A DNA stretch of 64,000 nucleotides from NCBI GenBank assembly GCA_037200925.1, contig JBBCGO010000001.1, positions 447,698 to 511,697 on the forward strand, in the 5' to 3' direction. Each line of letters starts with the position of its first letter. Within the stretch, counting starts at the first letter, position 1. The notes under the pieces are model-generated. The model was not told the origin of the DNA. It was given only the letters and a program-made list of their open reading frames with translations, and searched no databases. Of this stretch, positions 60,612 to 64,000 are shown piece after piece. The DNA is from Candidatus Doudnabacteria bacterium (lineage in GTDB: Bacteria; Patescibacteriota; Doudnabacteria; UBA920; O2-02-FULL-48-8). A program made the position numbers and the translations under genes.

Positions 60612-60711
60612 TCCAACATCCTCCGTAGATCTGAGAAGAACTGCGATTTTATAATATACCAATATTTGCTGACTAAGTCAATAGTAAAAACCGACCACTG
60701 CCCTGGCCGAG

Positions 60712-60933
60712 TTATAATTCGATTTCAATCAGTTTATGAGCGCTTTTATATCCTGAACGGATGCGGATTTTAGATGGCGAAGTATTAAAGTGATCAGCCA
60801 AAAGATCGATCACGGCATTATTGGCCTGGTTATCAGCGGGCGGAACCGTGACCCAAACTTTATATTCTTCCAAGCCTAATTGTTCGATCCGCTCGCTTGA
60901 GGCTCTCGTTTGTACTTTAACGCGAATGACCAT
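60712..60933 (-). CDS. DUF167 (YggU) family protein
   Basis: VKVQTRAS..KVWVTVPPADNQAN..I.LLA..G.KS..K. Confidence 0.85.
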   Translation of the reverse strand: MVIRVKVQTRASSERIEQLGLEEYKVWVTVPPADNQANNAVIDLLADHFNTSPSKIRIRSGYKSAHKLIEIEL

Positions 60934-61397
60934 ATCAATTCGTATGCTCCGAATAATACTCCGACATAAAACAGATCTCCTAACAATGTATTTCCAAAAA
61001 ACGGAATGGCATTCGTATAAGATGCGATCTGTCCGGCCCAGGTATGCGGATACATTTTCGTGGAATAGAACAGCACGCAATTGGTGATCAGATAAAATAA
61101 TGTTGAACCCAGCAAAGATCCGCCGACTACAGTAAAAACATTTTTGTGGTTGCGAATATATAGGCCGATCAAACCAATGAGGAGGAAACTGCCGTAAATC
61201 ACCAGCCGCGACTGCAGAGAATCAAATCCGATAAAAATATCAGAAATAAACATAGCCGCCAGCGGCAGGAGCAAAGCGTATCTTTTTTTCAGATAAACCC
61301 CGCCGAACAAAGCAGTCGCGCCGATCGGCGCAAAGTTGGCAGGGTGAGGAATCACGCGCAACAGTGCGCCGAAAAAGATAAAGAAATATGGTAGCAT
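60876..61397 (-). CDS. DUF6580-like putative ECF-type S-component / membrane transporter
   Basis: RVIPHPANFAPIGATALFGG..SD..FYLITN..YT.AIPFF; multiple TM. Confidence 0.75.
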   Translation of the reverse strand: MLPYFFIFFGALLRVIPHPANFAPIGATALFGGVYLKKRYALLLPLAAMFISDIFIGFDSLQSRLVIYGSFLLIGLIGLYIRNHKNVFTVVGGSLLGSTLFYLITNCVLFYSTKMYPHTWAGQIASYTNAIPFFGNTLLGDLFYVGVLFGAYELIWSFALKYKREPQASGSNN

Positions 61398-61874
61398 TTA
61401 TTTTGTGGTATCTACGACCGCGTCAATTTCCCATTTAATATTATCTGTAGATTTTGTGATGTAAGCGGATGCTCCCAGTTGCGAAAAACTCCCGTTCACG
61501 TACATGGCCCAGAAATGCTGTGCATCCGGCGTGATCCCGTCAATGCCCGTCACCAGATCCCCAAACGAATAATGCTTGGCGTCCACTTTATGATCGGCTT
61601 CCAAAAGCTCTAAGGCATTTTTTCCGTCTTGTCCCTGATATTCAACAACGCTGCTGGGTACTTGAACTTGTTGTTGTGTTTGACCGCCGGCCGCAGGATT
61701 AACCGAAGCTTGGCCCGTGGATGGAATATTGAGATCCTGGTTGGTCAGAGCAACATTGGGGTTATTTGTGGTTGGGGCCAAAACCGGCTGTTGCTTAAAA
61801 GCATAAATAATACCGATGAAGGCAATAACTGTGACAATAACGAATATTTCAAGTTTTCTTCCCAGATTATTCAT
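61398..61874 (-). CDS. Membrane-anchored DUF4430 (transcobalamin-like C-terminal) protein
   Basis: N-terminal TM; ALELL..FGDLVTGIDG..FWAMYVNG..GAS.Y...D.I.W. Confidence 0.85.
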   Translation of the reverse strand: MNNLGRKLEIFVIVTVIAFIGIIYAFKQQPVLAPTTNNPNVALTNQDLNIPSTGQASVNPAAGGQTQQQVQVPSSVVEYQGQDGKNALELLEADHKVDAKHYSFGDLVTGIDGITPDAQHFWAMYVNGSFSQLGASAYITKSTDNIKWEIDAVVDTTK

Positions 61875-61971
61875 TGTATAGGATTAATTTTGCATAACAA
61901 TTTTAGCAGATGACGCTCATTTTTGTAAATCATATATAGATTGTCATTCCCGCGAAAGCGGGAATCCAGTT

Positions 61972-62259
61972 CTAAAGCAAATTTTGATACAAATCTTGCC
62001 ATTTAGGGTTAAACTTTTCAATCAGTTCTAATTTCCACTTTCGGTTCCATTTCTTCAGTTGTTTTTCTCTTTTGATTGCACTTTCAACATCAGGAGTTTC
62101 TTCATAATAAACTAAAGTATTCACATCGTATTTTTTTGTAAAGCCTTTTACGGATTTTTGTTTATGTTGATAAACTCGTTTAATCAAATCTCTCGTAATT
62201 CCAATGTACAGAGTTCCGTTTCGCTTACTGTCTAAAATATAAACAAAATATGATTTCAT
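61972..62259 (-). CDS. GIY-YIG nuclease family protein
   Basis: VYILDS.RNGTLYIGIT..RVYQHK..REKQLKKWNRKWK. Confidence 0.94.
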   Translation of the reverse strand: MKSYFVYILDSKRNGTLYIGITRDLIKRVYQHKQKSVKGFTKKYDVNTLVYYEETPDVESAIKREKQLKKWNRKWKLELIEKFNPKWQDLYQNLL

Positions 62260-62301
62260 AGTTCTGGATCCCCGATTAGGTCGGGGATGACAGCTTCGCT
62301 G

Positions 62302-62829
62302 TCAGTAGTCAATGCCCCGCAGTGCGAGGATGCCTTGATAATATGGATGCTTTATCATCTTCATCTCAGTCACCAGATCAGCCATATCGATCAATTTTTT
62401 GAACTGTTTATGCCCGGTCAGGCAGAGGTGAGTTTCTGCAGGTTTGGATCTGATGATCTTGGCAACATCATCAACTGTCAGAAGTTTGGATTCAATTGCT
62501 GAGATGGCCTCATCCAAGATCACCAAGTCATATTTTTTTGATTTGAGGGCTTTAATCGATTCTTTCATGGCGTCTTTGGCCGCTTTAATATGTTCCTGGA
62601 TGGGCTTGCGATCTCCCAGGATGCCGACAAAGCCCCGGCCCATCAATTTCACGTCCACATTCTTAAGCTTGCTCAGAACTTCGCGCTCGCCCGAAGGCCA
62701 GTCGCCTTTCACGAACTGCAAATACAAAACCTTAAAGCCGGTGCCGGCTGCTCGGACCGCAAGTCCGGCAGCAGCAGAAGTTTTTCCTTTGCCGTTGCCG
62801 ATATAAATTATTGTAAGGCCTTTGGTCAT
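62302..62829 (-). CDS. cobO: Cob(I)alamin adenosyltransferase (CobA/CobO/BtuR family)
   Basis: GNGKGKTSAA.G, QFVKG, ILDEA, ADLVTEM..KHPY. Confidence 0.93.
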   Translation of the reverse strand: MTKGLTIIYIGNGKGKTSAAAGLAVRAAGTGFKVLYLQFVKGDWPSGEREVLSKLKNVDVKLMGRGFVGILGDRKPIQEHIKAAKDAMKESIKALKSKKYDLVILDEAISAIESKLLTVDDVAKIIRSKPAETHLCLTGHKQFKKLIDMADLVTEMKMIKHPYYQGILALRGIDY

Positions 62830-62872
62830 TGTTTCAAAAGACGGCGGATGTCCGCCGCCTTTTTTATAATCT

Positions 62873-63094
62873 TTATTCTTGTACCTTAGGTTCGTTTGAA
62901 GCTTCCAGTTTCTCTTTCAGCTTCGCGATGCTTCTATCGAGCGCAGCTATGTCGGCAGGGCTCATCCCGGGCTCTGTCTTGGCTTTTTCAAGCCCTGCGA
63001 TCCTATGCGGAAGATTGTCCCCAAATCCATTTTTGGGAACACCCTCTTCTCTCTTATAGCCTCTGGGAGCTTGTTTATGATTGTGTGAGTCCAT
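62873..63094 (-). CDS. Small hypothetical protein
   Basis: 73-aa ORF 3 nt after the nrdJ stop. Confidence 0.5.
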   Translation of the reverse strand: MDSHNHKQAPRGYKREEGVPKNGFGDNLPHRIAGLEKAKTEPGMSPADIAALDRSIAKLKEKLEASNEPKVQE

Positions 63095-63097
63095 AAA

Positions 63098-64000
63098 TTA
63101 GCATTTGCTGAATCCGCACATTTCGCATTTGGAACATCCTTCAGCCAAAACCATCATGTTCCCGCATTCAGGACATGCCGGAGCCAAGCCGCTGTTCGCA
63201 ATTGAAGTTTTTTGCGTCACAAATGTGCTGCCAACCTCATGCACTTGGCGCGTCACAGCCTGGAACACAGGTTCCCGGTCAACTTTCGGGATCTCAAGTT
63301 GCTTAAAATCCAGCTGCAGTTCTTTTTGTCCGCGCTTCAGATGATTTTCCAAAACATTCGCGATCGCATCAGGCAAAGAAAGTATCCGTTCGCCGTTATG
63401 GAACATGGGATCAGGGCCGCGAATGCCTTTCAATTGTTCTACCACGTTTTGCAAACTGATGCCGGAACGCAGGGCCAAAGAGATCATGCGGCAGATGGCC
63501 TCGGTCTGGGCGCCGAAGAAGCCTCCGGCCTTGCCAAGCTGGGAAAAAACCTCGAAAGGTCCGTATTCGTCTTCATTGACCGTGACATACAAATTACCGT
63601 ACGCGGTCGGGACTTTGTAGGTCGACCCTTCCATGACATCCGGCCTTTTTCGCGGAGAAATATTTCCCATTTGTGGTGAAGTCGGCATTTGTGGATGAGG
63701 TTCAGTTGCTGGCATGGGAGCAGGCATAGGTTCCGGCATTGGCTGCGGCGCGGGAGCCGGTTCAGGCTCATTCTGCATTTTTATACGCAGGTCCTCTATA
63801 GCTTTTTCGTTTTGCTGCGCAACCACCTGATCGCTGGCGTCTTTGCCAAGCTTGGTATGGTCAGTGGCCAATATCTGCTCGTCGCGTGAGCCGTCGCGGT
63901 AGATCGTGCCGCCTTTGCAGCCAAGGTCATACATCAGTTCATAAAGTTTTTTCGTCTGCTCTATCGTATATTCTTCCGGCGCGTTCACGGTTTTGGAGAT
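63098..64000 (-). CDS. nrdJ: Adenosylcobalamin-dependent (class II) ribonucleotide reductase, 3' part with TSCPD domain and Zn ribbon
   Basis: ISKTVNAP..GCKGGTIYRDGSR; RPDVMEG.T..GNLYVTVN..QLKGI..SLPDAIA; CPECG..EGC..C..CGFSKC. Confidence 0.93.
   Translation of the reverse strand: MSKTVNAPEEYTIEQTKKLYELMYDLGCKGGTIYRDGSRDEQILATDHTKLGKDASDQVVAQQNEKAIEDLRIKMQNEPEPAPAPQPMPEPMPAPMPATEPHPQMPTSPQMGNISPRKRPDVMEGSTYKVPTAYGNLYVTVNEDEYGPFEVFSQLGKAGGFFGAQTEAICRMISLALRSGISLQNVVEQLKGIRGPDPMFHNGERILSLPDAIANVLENHLKRGQKELQLDFKQLEIPKVDREPVFQAVTRQVHEVGSTFVTQKTSIANSGLAPACPECGNMMVLAEGCSKCEMCGFSKC

Overview
64-kb window from a small-genome bacterium. Gene content and style point to Patescibacteria/CPR (inference), and TGA is used as a stop. 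Positions 1 to ~13,480 are the right part of an AT-rich integrative element. It carries a large serine recombinase, Fic, an ADP-ribosylglycohydrolase, a DUF2779 nuclease, an SF1 helicase-nuclease, a Rep-like protein and an IrrE-like peptidase. It appears to have broken the host tRNA-His and carries a complete second tRNA-His. The rest is chromosomal: tRNAs, a fatty-acid desaturase, holA, a type IV pilus operon whose minor pilin holds an ice-binding DUF3494 domain, surface proteins, HU, nusB, rpmF, groESL, mutM, ndk, cyclophilin, comEC, hisS and the 3' end of class II RNR with B12-handling genes. The most unusual signals are: (1) a conserved, covarying ~71-nt structured element that ends exactly at the mature 5' end of three different tRNA genes; (2) a divergent FtsZ paralogue coupled to a LysM membrane protein; (3) a 5-kb array of tiny ORFs separated by shuffled, repeated hairpin modules; (4) six small nuclease genes, each bracketed by family-specific palindromes, two families of which also occur without a gene. 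Several 1-bp homopolymer frameshifts suggest residual sequencing error. All protein family calls are by eye from motifs; no searches were run.
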